Under the pieces are notes generated by a model that ran no database searches, had not been told where the DNA came from, and saw only the letters and a list, made by a program, of their open reading frames with translations. A program made the translations under genes and the position numbers. From NCBI RefSeq assembly GCF_006345805.1, contig NC_043019.1, forward strand, positions 248,001-312,000: a DNA stretch of 64,000 nucleotides. The letters run 5' to 3'. Positions 62,690 to 64,000 of the stretch are shown here, in pieces (the stretch's first letter is position 1; every line of letters starts with the position of its first letter). Source of the DNA: Octopus sinensis. Lineage: Eukaryota.

Positions 62690-63190
62690 TATACCAAGTA
62701 TTATATGAATCCGTAGCTCCAAGTTAAAACGAATAAATAAATAAATAAATAGATAAAACTCGGTGACGGCGTACGTGAGCTCTCACACTTCACGCTCAAT
62801 TACTTCTCAATGAGAAGTTTGACCAGCAAGCGAAATCAGTTAATAAAGTAGGTTAAACAGCACACTTCAAGAAGCACGTGGCCTAGCGCAGTAAGGCAGC
62901 GCGTCAAGTGTCGAAGCAGCAGCGGCAGCGGGGAACAGAGTGCTTGGAAGCCATCAGCTGATAAATGATTTTTAGCTTACTTAAAACAGCCTACTCGCCT
63001 CGACTACGTCTACACCTTTTAAAACATTTTAAAGCGCTCCCACCGGGTGTTTACGTGTATTATTCAATTATTTCTTACTGGTCTGTCGAGTACGCGGAGA
63101 AGTCAGTAGCCTTGAGTGCGTGCATACACATCTGAGGAAAGGCAAGTCACGCTTCTATTACCTTTGTTTAGCAGTCTACTAGTACAACGT

Positions 63191-63590
63191 GTGGAGGCGC
63201 AATGGCCCAGTGGTTAGGGCAGCGGACTCGCGGTCGGAGGATCGCGGTTTCGATTCCCAGACCGGGCGTTGTGTGTGTTTATTGAGCGAAAACACCTAAA
63301 GCTCCACGATGCTCCGGCAGGGGGTGGGTGGGGTGGCGACCCCTGTTGTACTCTTTCGCCTCAACTTTCTCTCACTCCACTCTTACTTCCTGTTTCTGTT
63401 GTACCTGTATTTCAAGGGGCCGGCCTTGTCACTCTCTGTGTCACGCTGAATATCACTGAGAACTACGTTAAGGGTGCACGTGTCTGTGGAGTGCTCAGCC
63501 ACTTACACGTTAATTTCACGAGCAGGCTGTTCCGTTGATTCGGATCAACCGGAACCCTCATCGTCGTAACCGACGGAGTGCTTCCATCAC
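63191..63590 (+). mobile_element. tRNA-derived SINE family 3
   Basis: A box tggcccagtggttagg, B box ggtttcgattccc; relatives 44011-44325 (+), ~52690-53308 (-), ~60875-61153 (-), ~60090-60235 (-). Confidence 0.85.
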
Positions 63591-63619
63591 TAGTACAACA
63601 CCATTGGACTAAATAATTC

Positions 63620-64000
63620 GGATCTTTTCGGTTTGAACGGCATTTCTTTCTAGCGGTGTCATATGAAATTGTCACCCATAATTATGACCCTAGTATCGAT
63701 CTATTGCATTTCAATCTGTTTTAGGGTTACAGTTAGAGTTAGGGTTAGGGTTAGGGGTGTGGGGAAGGATATCTTTTTTCTTCAGAAATGTAAGTAAACA
63801 CAATCTGTTTCTTAAACGAGGGACATACTCATACGTCAGTGATTGGTTGAAATTGCAGAAATTGAAGACAGAAAAGCAACAAATATCTTACAAACTATAG
63901 AATTTTCTCAATAAGGCCAAGAGAAAAAGATGTGTTATAAACACATTCTATCAGAATACGAAGTTTAAAAGTGTTTGATTACGTGGAAATTATTTAAAAA
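63620..64000. mobile_element. Same MITE family, copy 3 (runs off window)
   Basis: Left TIR and body colinear with 59447-59859. Confidence 0.8.

Noticed and set aside
63191-63265. tRNA gene
   Set aside because: Has A/B boxes but continues into a shared SINE body, is multi-copy, and no complete cloverleaf is evident.
63720-63757. Telomeric TTAGGG repeats
   Set aside because: Only 3-4 imperfect units, internal to a MITE and partly present in its other copies.

Overview
AT-rich, microsatellite-saturated animal genomic DNA, most likely a cephalopod (octopus-type SINEs; inferred from repeat resemblance, not searched). A 100-N scaffold gap at 31393-31492 divides the window. Left half: a near-identical 24.5-kb-period duplication (1-~6905 recurs at 24503-31392, cut by the gap) carrying a frameshifted CR1-like LINE. 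It also holds a modular unclassified repeat family with ~170-bp foldback hairpins, two copies of a spliced C2H2 zinc-finger gene 3' part inserted inside that repeat (one frameshifted), Penelope-like, Tc1/mariner and Helitron remnants. Right half: a 14-15-exon minus-strand gene (60755 to 32531, all GT-AG, frame intact) for a puromycin-sensitive-aminopeptidase-like M1 protein in which GAMEN, HEXXH, the third zinc ligand and the catalytic Tyr all appear replaced, i.e. a candidate pseudo-peptidase. This is the most interesting object here. Its introns are filled with SINEs, MITEs, LINE tails and several minimal hammerhead-ribozyme-like motifs. Exons were found and translated by hand; family alignments are from memory and need confirmation by HMM/BLAST.
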